Source: Bacteroidia bacterium (GTDB lineage: Bacteria > Bacteroidota > Bacteroidia > M30B66). From it: a stretch of 64,000 bases of DNA. The stretch covers positions 3,136,001 through 3,200,000 of the forward strand of contig OZ257142.1 in assembly GCA_965279035.1 (NCBI GenBank). The letters are read 5' to 3'. Below are positions 26,893 through 36,846 of this stretch, piece by piece (within the stretch, counting starts at the first letter, position 1; each line of letters begins with the position of its first letter). Both the position numbers and the translations under genes were made by a program. The notes beneath the pieces are model-generated. The model did no database searches. It was not told where the DNA came from and worked only from the letters and a program-made list of their open reading frames with translations.

Positions 26893-28046
26893 TTTCCGGA
26901 AGCGTTAGAAATAAATCGTTCAATGATTTCTTTACTCATTCCTAAATTGCTCTTTTCCTCCTCACTTAATAGTGAACTTGATTGAAGAACAATTATTCCA
27001 GGAAGTAAATTCCCAGCTAATACTGCATAACGATCCGATTGCCAAAGTTTCGATTCGATATAGGCTATTACCTGTTTATTTGTATAAAATTTTTGTAGTT
27101 CTTTTAAATTTTTAATTTCTCCTGCACTAAAGCGACAAAGTGGTCCAACAGGAAATAAATTAGATTGGTATTTTGTGAGTATATCAGGACGAACAGTCCA
27201 AGAAATATATACCGGTTTTTTACTGAGAGAGATCGTAGTAAAAAGTGCCGCTTCTGAGTTTCCTGAATAAGTGAGATTTCGATCCCAAGCTGAAATTGTT
27301 TTCTTCAACCATGCAGCATCTTCAATCATGGCGAGAGAAATTATGGTGACTTTCTTAGCATTCAATTGCTCCCATAAAGGATACGTATCAAATTCACCAT
27401 TACTAATGATTAAACTTCCTTCCGGAACCGACTCAATCATCCATTTTGCATATTCGCGTTGAAAGTTCGAAATGGTTCCATTGGATCGACATGCTGCAAG
27501 GGCTTTTGTACGAGATGAAATATCTCCGTTTCGCTCAGCCAACCAAGCTGCTTCGGGAGCAAGCAAACTATTATTCGGATTTATTCGGGATGCCTGAGTA
27601 AAATAATTTACTGCTTCTGGACTATTCCTGTTTTCGCGGAGTTGCAAATACTGATATGTAAAACTTCCTGCAATTTCTGCTTGACTACTCCGAATTAACT
27701 GATCTAATTCTTGTTGCTCTTTACTATCTAATTTTCCATCATCCGATAAATCTGAATTACGTTTATTTTGATATGCATCATACCAATAAACTTCTCGTTC
27801 CTGTGAAACTTGATTTGAATTCAGATTAAATTTGACTGATTCATCATCCCTTTGTTCACTTTTAGCGGGTGAATCATCGTTCTCATTTTTCTTTTCTTCC
27901 AGCTTGCGATTGTTTGATTTCCCTTTATTTAATCGGTAATGCAAAGGTTGAACTCGAATTTGTTGTGAATTGTTTGCTGGTGCTTGTGCTTGCCCATAAC
28001 ACAGCAAGGACAAAAGGATTCCAGTGATGATCAAAAATAACCGCAT
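26889..28046 (-). CDS. Exported protein with a DUF2723/TMEM260 C-terminal-like domain
   Basis: Signal peptide; SNGEFDTYPLW and KPVYISWTV resemble the NGDNDTFPLW / RPIYF motifs of DUF2723 proteins; ATGA overlap with the sigma gene. Confidence 0.65.
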   Translation of the reverse strand: MRLFLIITGILLSLLCYGQAQAPANNSQQIRVQPLHYRLNKGKSNNRKLEEKKNENDDSPAKSEQRDDESVKFNLNSNQVSQEREVYWYDAYQNKRNSDLSDDGKLDSKEQQELDQLIRSSQAEIAGSFTYQYLQLRENRNSPEAVNYFTQASRINPNNSLLAPEAAWLAERNGDISSRTKALAACRSNGTISNFQREYAKWMIESVPEGSLIISNGEFDTYPLWEQLNAKKVTIISLAMIEDAAWLKKTISAWDRNLTYSGNSEAALFTTISLSKKPVYISWTVRPDILTKYQSNLFPVGPLCRFSAGEIKNLKELQKFYTNKQVIAYIESKLWQSDRYAVLAGNLLPGIIVLQSSSLLSEEEKSNLGMSKEIIERFISNASGK

Positions 28047-28069
28047 ATTTTGGGACGTTTTGGCAGCAA

Positions 28070-28094
28070 TATGCCAATTACTTCCTCAGGTTCA
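28070..28094 (-). promoter_or_regulatory. Putative autoregulatory ECF promoter
   Basis: TGAACCT-N14-CATA on - strand, ending 23 nt before ATG 28046. Confidence 0.6.
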
Positions 28095-28283
28095 ACATTC
28101 AGTTGATTTCTTTCTTAGAATTGTTTAACTAATATGTAATGAAATCATTTTCAGAAGAATACAACCTAAGTAAACAATGTAAAATTTGGAGTGTTTATAA
28201 CCAAGCCCACACAAATTGTCAGCCGGATGCTCTCTGGTTGTATCTTTGTTAAAACCCGAATCATTAACAAGCAAACATAGATC

Positions 28284-28604
28284 ATGGCTTTAGAAATCAC
28301 AGATGCAAACTTCGAAGAACTAGTTCTTAAATCAGATAAACCCGTCCTACTTGACTTTTGGGCAGAATGGTGTGGCCCTTGCCGCGTTGTTGGTCCTATC
28401 GTTGAAGAACTTTCCAAAGATTACGATGGAAAAGCAGTTGTAGGAAAAGTAGATGTGGATAGCAATCCAAACATTTCCATGCAATTCGGAATTCGCAATA
28501 TTCCTACACTTTTAGTGTTTAAGAACGGTCAGGTTGTCGACAAACAAGTAGGTGCTGTTCCTAAAACAGTATTAGCTTCAAAACTTGACGCTCAACTAGC
28601 TTAA
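28284..28604 (+). CDS. trxA: Thioredoxin
   Basis: WCGPC active site; TATCTTTG at 28241-28248. Confidence 0.98.
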   Translation: MALEITDANFEELVLKSDKPVLLDFWAEWCGPCRVVGPIVEELSKDYDGKAVVGKVDVDSNPNISMQFGIRNIPTLLVFKNGQVVDKQVGAVPKTVLASKLDAQLA

Positions 28605-28625
28605 AACAATTCATTGACATTTCAG

Positions 28626-28657
28626 AAAAACACAGTGCTTTCCACTGTGTTTTTTTT
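28626..28657 (+). terminator. Intrinsic terminator after trxA
   Basis: AAAAACACAGTG-loop-CACTGTGTTTTT plus T-tract. Confidence 0.8.
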
Positions 28658-28673
28658 GTTTAATTGCATCCTT

Positions 28674-29603
28674 ATGCCAATCAACCGACAGGAAATACAA
28701 CAATTTGGACATCTCGAGCTATTAGCACGTCAGGTGGTGGAAGGGTTTATTACCGGACTACATAAAAGTCCCTTTCATGGATTTTCCGTTGAGTTTGCAG
28801 AATACCGTTCCTATAATCAAGGAGAATCGACACGTTACATCGACTGGCGATTGTTTGGGAAAACCGATAAACTCTATGTAAAACGGTTTGAAGAAGAAAC
28901 CAATTTGCGCTGTCAAGTTGTGATTGATCGATCTCCTTCGATGTATTATCCCTTGGATGCGAAGGAAAAAGGCAAAGAAAGTAAACTGAGTTTTTCGGTA
29001 AAAGCTGCAGCGGCTTTGTTTTATATGTTGAACAAGCAACGCGATGCAACTGGTTTGAGTGTTTTTTCAGATGATTTAGAAATACAAACACCAGCTCGTT
29101 CTTCAGGTGTTCACATGGCGATGTTGTATGCGGAGTTGGAAAAAATGATGGATACACCTTGGGATGGTAAACCGGGTAAAACCCATGCTGCTCAAGTGCT
29201 TCACACTATTGCCGAGGCAGTTCATAAACGCAGTTTGATCATGGTGTTTAGCGATATGTTCGAAGAAACCAATGATCTGGAACATCTCTTTTCAGCGCTT
29301 CAACACTTAAAACATAATAAACACGAAGTTGTACTATTTCACGTAGCCGATAAACAGAAGGAACTCGAATTTGATTTCGACAACCGCCCTTATCGATTTG
29401 TAGATTTAGAAAGTGGAGAAGAAATAAAACTTCAACCTCAGGAAGTTCGGGAAAAATACTTGGAACAAATTCAATCCTTAACAGCCGAACTAAAGCTACG
29501 TTGTGCTCAATACCACATTGATTTCGTTGAAGCCGATATCAATCAGGATTTTTCACAGGTGTTAATGCCGTATTTAATGAAACGCGCTAAAATGCGTATT
29601 TAA
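28674..29603 (+). CDS. DUF58 domain protein (VWA-like, MoxR-associated family)
   Basis: G.HKSP.HGFSVEFAEYR.Y, IDWRL, FEEETN; ATG at 28674. Confidence 0.92.
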   Translation: MPINRQEIQQFGHLELLARQVVEGFITGLHKSPFHGFSVEFAEYRSYNQGESTRYIDWRLFGKTDKLYVKRFEEETNLRCQVVIDRSPSMYYPLDAKEKGKESKLSFSVKAAAALFYMLNKQRDATGLSVFSDDLEIQTPARSSGVHMAMLYAELEKMMDTPWDGKPGKTHAAQVLHTIAEAVHKRSLIMVFSDMFEETNDLEHLFSALQHLKHNKHEVVLFHVADKQKELEFDFDNRPYRFVDLESGEEIKLQPQEVREKYLEQIQSLTAELKLRCAQYHIDFVEADINQDFSQVLMPYLMKRAKMRI

Positions 29604-31121
29604 TTATTCATCATTTTTCTCCGGTCGCATTTGAGGGAAGAACAACACATCCTGTATCGATTTCGAATTGGTCATAATCATCGCTAAACGGTCGATACCA
29701 ATTCCTAAACCTGCTGTAGGTGGCATTCCATACTCAATGGCACGCAGAAAATCTTCATCCAACATCATCGCTTCTTCATCACCGCGTTTTCCTAACTCCA
29801 ATTGTTCTTCAAAGCGCTTACGTTGATCAATGGGATCGTTTAGCTCAGAGAAAGCATTGCAAATTTCCTTTCCGTTGCAAATTCCTTCGAATCGTTCTAC
29901 CAATCCCGGTTTGCTGCGGTGTTTCTTTGCCAATGGCGACATCTCCACCGGATAATCTGTAATAAATGTGGGTTGAATCAAATGCGGTTCGCAGGTTTCA
30001 CCGAAAATTTCATCGATGATTTTACCACGCCCCATTGAAGCGTCAATTTGAATATTCATTTTACGAGCAGCAGCAGCCATCGTATCTTCATCCATCTCCG
30101 AAATATCCACTCCGGTAAATTCATGAATGGCTTCATACATCGTCATGCGTTTCCATGGACGTTGGAAATTGATGATATTTTCACCCACTTGGATATCGGT
30201 TTTACCATGAATATCAAGTGCAGCCTTTTCAACCATCTCTTCCACCAAATCCATCATCCAGTTATAATCCTTGTAGGCTACATACAACTCAACTTGCGTG
30301 AATTCTGGATTGTGAAAACGACTCATTCCTTCATTTCGGAAATCCTTCGCAAATTCATACACACCATCAAATCCACCGACAATCAAACGTTTCAAATACA
30401 ACTCATTCGCAATACGCAAATAGAGCGTCATGTCGAGTGTGTTGTGATGCGTTTTGAATGGACGCGCAGCAGCACCACCATATAAAGGTTGAAGAATCGG
30501 CGTTTCAACTTCCAAATACCCACGTGTATTCAAATACTGACGAATCGAATTGGTCAGTTGAGTACGCTTGATAAAAGTGTCTTTTACTTGATGATTCACG
30601 ATCAAATCGACATAACGCTGACGATATCGTAAATCAGGATCAGCAAAAGCATCATACACTTCACCGTCTTTTTCCTTCACAATAGGTAAAGGACGAAGTG
30701 ATTTAGTTAACACTTTTAGAGAAGTAACATGAATGGTTGTTTCTCCCGTTTGAGTTGAAAATGCATAACCACTCACTCCGATAATATCACCTATATCAAG
30801 TAGCTTTTTGAATACCGTATTATATAAGGTCTTGTCTTCACCCGGACAAATATCATCGCGACGTATATATATCTGTATGCGATCGCTAGCATCTTGAAGA
30901 ACAGCAAAAGAAGCATTCCCCATAATTCGGCGAGTCATGATACGACCGGCAATAAAAACTTCTTGAAAATCGCCCGAATCCTTGACAAACTTCTCGTTGA
31001 CTTCCTTGGCAGTAACATTCACAGGGAAAAGATCTGCAGGATAAGGATTGATGCCAAGGTTGATTAATTCATCAAGACTTTGGCGGCGTTGAATTTCAAG
31101 TTCAGAATAGTATTCGCTCAT
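29604..31121 (-). CDS. lysS: Lysine--tRNA ligase (class II)
   Basis: [43 protein letters not shown]; start ATG 31121; TACCTTTG upstream. Confidence 0.98.
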   Translation of the reverse strand: MSEYYSELEIQRRQSLDELINLGINPYPADLFPVNVTAKEVNEKFVKDSGDFQEVFIAGRIMTRRIMGNASFAVLQDASDRIQIYIRRDDICPGEDKTLYNTVFKKLLDIGDIIGVSGYAFSTQTGETTIHVTSLKVLTKSLRPLPIVKEKDGEVYDAFADPDLRYRQRYVDLIVNHQVKDTFIKRTQLTNSIRQYLNTRGYLEVETPILQPLYGGAAARPFKTHHNTLDMTLYLRIANELYLKRLIVGGFDGVYEFAKDFRNEGMSRFHNPEFTQVELYVAYKDYNWMMDLVEEMVEKAALDIHGKTDIQVGENIINFQRPWKRMTMYEAIHEFTGVDISEMDEDTMAAAARKMNIQIDASMGRGKIIDEIFGETCEPHLIQPTFITDYPVEMSPLAKKHRSKPGLVERFEGICNGKEICNAFSELNDPIDQRKRFEEQLELGKRGDEEAMMLDEDFLRAIEYGMPPTAGLGIGIDRLAMIMTNSKSIQDVLFFPQMRPEKNDE

Positions 31122-31398
31122 GTGGGTAAATTCGGGCTGCAAAGGTAATTGAGAAATAATAATGTACTAATGCGGAAAAGACTTGGTGTGATGATTCTTG
31201 TTGAAGTAGTTTAAAATGATAGTAATATCAGCCATTATAGAGAGATTATCTATTCATTAACCAAGCTCAAAAAGGAAAAATATCTGAAACTAAATGATGA
31301 GATCAAACATTCTCTTCGATAATATTCAAGGCTGAATGATTTGGGAATGCGAAAAATTATATCTTTGCCGCCCAATTTGAATCAATAAAAAACAACAA

Positions 31399-32088
31399 AT
31401 GCCAGTAAAAATCAGATTACAACGACATGGTAAAAAGAGTTATGCTTTTTATCATATTGTGATTGCCGATGGTCGTGCACCTCGAGATGGGAAGTTTATT
31501 GAAAAACTAGGCACGTACAATCCAAACACAAACCCAGCTACTATTGAGCTGGATAATGAAAAAGCCCTTACATGGCTAAAAAACGGAGCGCAACCGACTG
31601 ATACAGCTCGTGCAATCCTTAGCTACAAAGGTATTTTGATGCAACTTCACCTAGATAAAGGTGTTGCAAAAGGTGCGATGACTGAAGAGCAAGCTGCTGC
31701 TAAATTCCAGAAATGGATGGACGAGAAGAATGCGAAGGTGGATGGCAAAATCAGCAAATTAGCTGAAGGAAAATCAGATTACCACAAAAAGCGTCTTCAG
31801 GATGAAGCTACCAAGAACGCTGCACGTGCTGCCGCAATCCTTGCCAAAAACTCTCCTGTTGCTGAAGCGGTAGAAGCTGATATTGCTGAAGCTGAAGTTG
31901 AAGCTCCAGTTGAAGTTGCTGTTGAAGCTCCTGTAGCTGAAGAAGTTCCTGCTGCTGAACCAGTTGTTGAAACTCCAGTTGCTGAAGAAGCTCCTGCTAC
32001 TGAACCAGTTGTTGAAGCACCGGTTGCTGAAGCTCCTGCAGCTGAAGAAGCACCAGCTGCTGAAGAAGAAAAACCAGCTGCTGAATAA
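31399..32088 (+). CDS. rpsP: 30S ribosomal protein S16 with long C-terminal extension
   Basis: [33 protein letters not shown]; Ala/Glu/Pro/Val tail. Confidence 0.97.
   Translation: MPVKIRLQRHGKKSYAFYHIVIADGRAPRDGKFIEKLGTYNPNTNPATIELDNEKALTWLKNGAQPTDTARAILSYKGILMQLHLDKGVAKGAMTEEQAAAKFQKWMDEKNAKVDGKISKLAEGKSDYHKKRLQDEATKNAARAAAILAKNSPVAEAVEADIAEAEVEAPVEVAVEAPVAEEVPAAEPVVETPVAEEAPATEPVVEAPVAEAPAAEEAPAAEEEKPAAE
31936..32030 (+). repeat. 45-nt coding tandem repeat in the rpsP tail
   Basis: [15 protein letters not shown] / [15 protein letters not shown] encoded by near-identical 45-mers. Confidence 0.8.
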
Positions 32089-32103
32089 TTGAATTTCTGA
32101 CTC

Positions 32104-32634
32104 ATGAAGCAGGAACAGTGTTTTCAGCTCGGAGTCTTTACTCGGAAAGTAGGAACCGATGGCAGATTAGGTCTGCAACTCGATACCGATCAACCCGAAG
32201 CTTATATTAAAACGGAATCAGTCTTTGTGGAACTCCACGGGAAACTGGTTCCGTTTTTCGTTTTATCATTTCGACTTCAACCATCTAACACAGCGCACGT
32301 TAAGCTCGAAGATGTTGATAATGCCGAACAAGCCGAATCGCTCATTGGAAGTGGTGTTTTCCTTCCACTTGAAAAGCTTCCTCCATTAAGCGGAACGAAT
32401 TTCTACTACCACGAAGTGATTGGTTGGAAAATCCATGACCTTACTTCTGGAATCTCTGCCGGAATCATTAAAGATGTGCTCGAAAATGGTCCCAACGACC
32501 TGTTTCAACTCACAAGCGATGGACAGGAAGTCCTCATTCCAGTTGCTGACGATTGGATAGTTTCAGTAGATCGTGAACTCGGAGTTATTACCATGAATTT
32601 ACCTGAAGGACTTTTAGAAGTCAACCGGAAATAA
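32104..32634 (+). CDS. rimM: Ribosome maturation factor RimM
   Basis: Follows rpsP; FYYHEVIG, EVLIP, LPEGLL motifs. Confidence 0.95.
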   Translation: MKQEQCFQLGVFTRKVGTDGRLGLQLDTDQPEAYIKTESVFVELHGKLVPFFVLSFRLQPSNTAHVKLEDVDNAEQAESLIGSGVFLPLEKLPPLSGTNFYYHEVIGWKIHDLTSGISAGIIKDVLENGPNDLFQLTSDGQEVLIPVADDWIVSVDRELGVITMNLPEGLLEVNRK

Positions 32635-32654
32635 TTCATCAGCTGGAGTATCAG

Positions 32655-33392
32655 ATGTCCAACAGCTGGTTTCAATTCAAACAATTCAGAATCGAACAAG
32701 ATAAATGTGCCATGAAAGTGGGCACCGACGGAGTCTTGCTTGGTGCTTGGGCTCCAGTTGAACAGGCAAAACGTGTTGTTGATTTAGGTTCTGGAACTGG
32801 TATCATCACACTCATGATTGCTCAGCGATCTAAAGCGCGCATTACCGGAATCGAATCGGAAATGGATGCCGCAACGCAATCTGCTGAAAATTTTGTTCAA
32901 TCTCCTTGGCCAGAACGACTTGAAAGTGTTTGGGCTGATGTGCATGAGATGAGCAATTTATGGGCTGGACAATTTGATTTAGTGGTGTGCAATCCTCCCT
33001 TTTTCCAAGGTCATGTTCGTCCATCAAATGCTCCACGAAATCAAGCAAGACATTTATTAAGTCCCAAGACAGAGATTAAGAAAACTTGGTTTGAAGCGGC
33101 TTACAAAATCACAAAAGAAACAGGGCGGGCAGCATTTATCTTTCCCTATGAGTTTGCAAATGAATGGCTCAGTGAAGCAATTGCAGCCGGTTGGCATGTA
33201 AAAATGAGAGTAAATGTTCGAGGACATGCGGGAAAAGAATTCAAACGCGTTTTAGTTCATTTAGTAAAGCAACCCTCAGAATTGATCGAAGAAGAACTGT
33301 GTATAGAAAGTGAAGAACGTTCTGTATACACCGCTGAATTTGGTCAATTGGTTAAGGATTTCTATTTAGATGCACGAATACAAACAAGCTGA
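32655..33392 (+). CDS. trmN6: tRNA1(Val) (adenine37-N6)-methyltransferase
   Basis: FQFKQF, MKVGTDGVLLGAW, DLGSGTG, NPPFF. Confidence 0.92.
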   Translation: MSNSWFQFKQFRIEQDKCAMKVGTDGVLLGAWAPVEQAKRVVDLGSGTGIITLMIAQRSKARITGIESEMDAATQSAENFVQSPWPERLESVWADVHEMSNLWAGQFDLVVCNPPFFQGHVRPSNAPRNQARHLLSPKTEIKKTWFEAAYKITKETGRAAFIFPYEFANEWLSEAIAAGWHVKMRVNVRGHAGKEFKRVLVHLVKQPSELIEEELCIESEERSVYTAEFGQLVKDFYLDARIQTS

Positions 33393-33493
33393 AAAACCTG
33401 TTCAGAACCCCTAAAGCAATCGCTGAGATTACAGGATTTTCACTTAATTTCGCCGCCGATCCGGAACAAACCGGAGCTAAGCATATATTCCGA

Positions 33494-34885
33494 ATGAACT
33501 ACGATCTGATTGTAATAGGTAGCGGCCCGGGAGGCTATGTAGCTGCCATCCGTGCATCCCAATTGGGATTAAAAGTAGCGGTAGTTGAACGTGATGAACT
33601 AGGTGGAATCTGCCTCAATTGGGGATGTATTCCAACAAAAGCGCTATTGAAAAGTGCTCAAGTGTTTGAATATCTTCAACACGCTGCCGATTATGGAATC
33701 AAAATCAACGGTGCTGCTGAAGCTGATTTCGAAAGCATGGTTAAACGTAGTCGTGGCGTTGCCGATGGAATGAGTAAAGGCATTCAATTCCTCCTCAAGA
33801 AAAATAAAATCGATACCATCATCGGATTTGGAAAAATTACCAAAGACAAAAAAGTAGAAGTAAAAGGAGTTGATGGAAAAACTTCTCTTTATACAGCTAA
33901 AAGTATCGTACTTGCTACAGGTGCCCGCAGTCGCGAATTGCCGAATTTGAAACAAGACGGTAAAAAAATCATTGGTTATCGTCAAGCGATGACCTTAGCA
34001 AAGCAACCTAAATCTCTCGTTGTTGTTGGTTCGGGAGCGATTGGAATTGAGTTCGCTTATTTCTACAATGCTATTGGAACGAAAGTAACAGTGGTTGAAT
34101 TCCTACCGAATATTGTTCCGGTGGAAGATGAAGAAGTAAGCAAGCAATTGGAGCGTAGCTTGAAGAAATCGGGTATTTCCATTATGACTGATGCATCCGT
34201 TGAATCGGTTGATACGAGTTCGGATGTGCTGAAAGTGAAAGTAAAAACTAAAAAAGGAGAAGAAATTTTAGAGGCAGATGTTGTTTTATCGGCCGTTGGA
34301 ATTGTTTCGAATATCGAGAATATTGGTTTAGAAGAAGCAGGTGTAAAAACCGACAAAGGCAAAGTACTGGTAGATGATTTCTACAAAACCAACATCGATG
34401 GAATATACGCCATTGGTGATATTGTGAAAGGTCCAGCTTTGGCTCACGTTGCTTCTGCCGAAGGAATTATTTGTGTGGAGAAAATTGCAGGACATCATCC
34501 AGCTCCACTTAATTATGGCAATATTCCGGGATGTACGTATTGCAGCCCCGAAATCGCTTCTGTTGGGATGACCGAAAAAGCAGCTCGTGAAGCAGGTTAT
34601 GAAATCAAAGTGGGGAAATTCCCATTCTCGGCTTCTGGTAAAGCTTCTGCTGCTAGTTCAAAAGATGGCTTTGTGAAAGTGATTTTCGATGCTAAATATG
34701 GCGAATGGCTAGGTTGTCACATGATTGGTGCTAACGTAACCGAAATGATTGCAGAAGCTGTTGTTGCTCGTAACTTAGAAACTACCGGACACGAAATTAT
34801 TAAGAGTGTTCATCCGCATCCAACGATGTCGGAAGCCATTATGGAAGCCGCAGCTGCTGCTTACGGAGAAGTCATTCACCTTTAA
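33494..34885 (+). CDS. lpdA: Dihydrolipoyl dehydrogenase
   Basis: GSGPGGY, GGICLNWGCIP, HPHPTMSE. Confidence 0.98.
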   Translation: MNYDLIVIGSGPGGYVAAIRASQLGLKVAVVERDELGGICLNWGCIPTKALLKSAQVFEYLQHAADYGIKINGAAEADFESMVKRSRGVADGMSKGIQFLLKKNKIDTIIGFGKITKDKKVEVKGVDGKTSLYTAKSIVLATGARSRELPNLKQDGKKIIGYRQAMTLAKQPKSLVVVGSGAIGIEFAYFYNAIGTKVTVVEFLPNIVPVEDEEVSKQLERSLKKSGISIMTDASVESVDTSSDVLKVKVKTKKGEEILEADVVLSAVGIVSNIENIGLEEAGVKTDKGKVLVDDFYKTNIDGIYAIGDIVKGPALAHVASAEGIICVEKIAGHHPAPLNYGNIPGCTYCSPEIASVGMTEKAAREAGYEIKVGKFPFSASGKASAASSKDGFVKVIFDAKYGEWLGCHMIGANVTEMIAEAVVARNLETTGHEIIKSVHPHPTMSEAIMEAAAAAYGEVIHL

Positions 34886-34890
34886 TTTCT

Positions 34891-34920
34891 AAAAGCCTCG
34901 ATTTCGATCGGGGCTTTTTT
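34891..34920 (+). terminator. Intrinsic terminator after lpdA
   Basis: AAAAGCC(T)CGAT-TTCG-ATCGGGCTTTTT. Confidence 0.75.
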
Positions 34921-34924
34921 CTAT

Positions 34925-36814
34925 ATGTGCGGAATTAGCGGATACTATGCTTTTACCCCAAAAGGGAAAGAACAATTGCAACATATTGATGCTTCAGTTG
35001 CTGCTCTCGCTTTGCGTGGACCTGACGGCTCTGGTATTTTTAAAAATAATTCAGTTGCATTAGGACATGCACGATTATCCATTATTGATGTCAGTAATGC
35101 TGCATCGCAGCCATTTACCGATGATTCAGGTCGATGGACAATTGTGTTTAATGGAGAATTTTTCAATTTCCAAGAACATCGTGAAGCACTTTTAAAATCC
35201 GGACAAGCCTTTCGATCTACAAGTGATACAGAGGTTTTGTTGTATCTCTACATTCGGGAGAAAGAAGCCTGTTTGCATAAAGTCAATGGGTTCTTCGCAT
35301 TTGCGGTGTATGACAACCAAACTGAAGAACTGTTTATTGCACGCGATCGTTATGGTGAAAAGCCTTTGTTGATCGCTCAAACCGAAGATGGGATTGGTTT
35401 TGCTTCGGAAATGAAGTCCTTGTTGGCCTTCGAATGGCCTCGAAAAATCGACAATGAAGCTGCTCGTCAGTATTTTCACCTCAATTACATTCCGGGACCT
35501 GAAAGCATTTTTGAATCGGTAAAAAAGCTGCAACCTGGATCTTGGATGCGCTTGAATGGTAGTAAAATAGAGCAAAAAAACTGGTACAACTTCCCTCCTG
35601 CTCCATCAAAAAATGAAGCTTCATCTGATTATGCTTCATCACAAAAAGAATTGATAAAACTATTGGATGCAGCCGTTGAACGTCGTCTCATTTCGGACGT
35701 TCCTTTAGGTGCTTTTCTCAGCGGAGGTATAGATTCTTCGGTTGTTGTAGCCTTGGCTTCTCGTCACACGAATCACTTGAATACCTTTTCGATTGGTTAC
35801 AAAGACGAACCACTTTTCGACGAAACGAAATATGCTCGATTGGTGGTGGATCGGTATAAAACCAATCATACCGTGTTTTCCTTAAGCAACGAAGATTTGT
35901 TTAAGCATCTACATGATGTGTTAGATTATATCGATGAACCCTTTGCTGATTCATCAGCCCTCGCGGTTTACATTTTAAGTAAGGAAACTCGGAAACATGT
36001 TACTGTGGCTTTGTCGGGCGATGGAGCGGATGAATTATTTGGAGGTTATCGAAAACATTCGGCTGAATGGAAAATGCGACAAGGAGGTTTAGCTGCCAAT
36101 GCAGTGAGGCTTTTGGGTCCAGTTTGGAATGTACTTCCTAAATCGCGTAACAGTAAATTGGGTGATATAGCTCGAAAGCTGCAGAAATTTAGCGAAGGAG
36201 CAAATTTGAGTTCGCAAGAACGTTATTGGCGTTGGTGCGGATATGCAGATGAAGCCTATCTAAGCAATTTGTGGGCTGGACCTTTCAATCAACAAAAAGG
36301 AGAGGAATACAAAAGAAATCACCTGAGTTCAATTGGAATCACTGGCGATATGAACGATATGTTGAGAAGTGATATGCAATTAGTGCTTCCGGGGGATATG
36401 TTGACGAAAGTGGATTTAATGTCGATGGCGAATAGCTTGGAAGTGCGCGCTCCATTTTTGGATGTTGAAGTAGTTGATTTTGCGATGCGTTTACCTGCTG
36501 ATTATAAGATTTCTGGAGCAGGACGTAAGCGAATTGTTCAGGATGCTTTTCGTTCGATGTTGCCCGAAGAATTATACAATCGCCCCAAACATGGATTTGA
36601 AGTTCCATTATTATCTTGGTTTAGAAACGAATTAAATTCTTGGATTTTTGGAGAATTACTTTCCACTCAACTACTTAAGGAACAGGGACTTTTCCACCAT
36701 TCAGCCATTGAATCATTGAAAAAACAACTTCACTCATCTGATCCAGGAGATTCGACAGCTCGTATTTGGGCTTTAATCGTATTTCAATCTTGGTGGATTA
36801 AGCGAATGAAATAG
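34925..36814 (+). CDS. asnB: Asparagine synthase (glutamine-hydrolysing) family amidotransferase, polysaccharide-locus type
   Basis: MCGI, RGPD, RDRYGEKPL, LSGGIDSS, SGDGADELFGGY. Confidence 0.95.
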   Translation: MCGISGYYAFTPKGKEQLQHIDASVAALALRGPDGSGIFKNNSVALGHARLSIIDVSNAASQPFTDDSGRWTIVFNGEFFNFQEHREALLKSGQAFRSTSDTEVLLYLYIREKEACLHKVNGFFAFAVYDNQTEELFIARDRYGEKPLLIAQTEDGIGFASEMKSLLAFEWPRKIDNEAARQYFHLNYIPGPESIFESVKKLQPGSWMRLNGSKIEQKNWYNFPPAPSKNEASSDYASSQKELIKLLDAAVERRLISDVPLGAFLSGGIDSSVVVALASRHTNHLNTFSIGYKDEPLFDETKYARLVVDRYKTNHTVFSLSNEDLFKHLHDVLDYIDEPFADSSALAVYILSKETRKHVTVALSGDGADELFGGYRKHSAEWKMRQGGLAANAVRLLGPVWNVLPKSRNSKLGDIARKLQKFSEGANLSSQERYWRWCGYADEAYLSNLWAGPFNQQKGEEYKRNHLSSIGITGDMNDMLRSDMQLVLPGDMLTKVDLMSMANSLEVRAPFLDVEVVDFAMRLPADYKISGAGRKRIVQDAFRSMLPEELYNRPKHGFEVPLLSWFRNELNSWIFGELLSTQLLKEQGLFHHSAIESLKKQLHSSDPGDSTARIWALIVFQSWWIKRMK

Positions 36815-36846
36815 ATACATTTGAGCCCGCCTAAGCTCAACCACTT

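Noticed and set aside
28674-29603. DUF58 gene without adjacent MoxR/Bat genes
   Set aside because: trxA-DUF58 adjacency is familiar in Bacteroidota, and the partners are usually encoded elsewhere
31797-32105. Ser/Ala/Thr-rich antisense ORF (also 25692-25985 and other short shadow ORFs)
   Set aside because: Mirror products of low-complexity or biased codons on the real coding strand
31399-33392. Absence of trmD/rplS after rpsP-rimM
   Set aside because: rpsP-rimM followed by a TrmN6-type methyltransferase is a usual Bacteroidota arrangement
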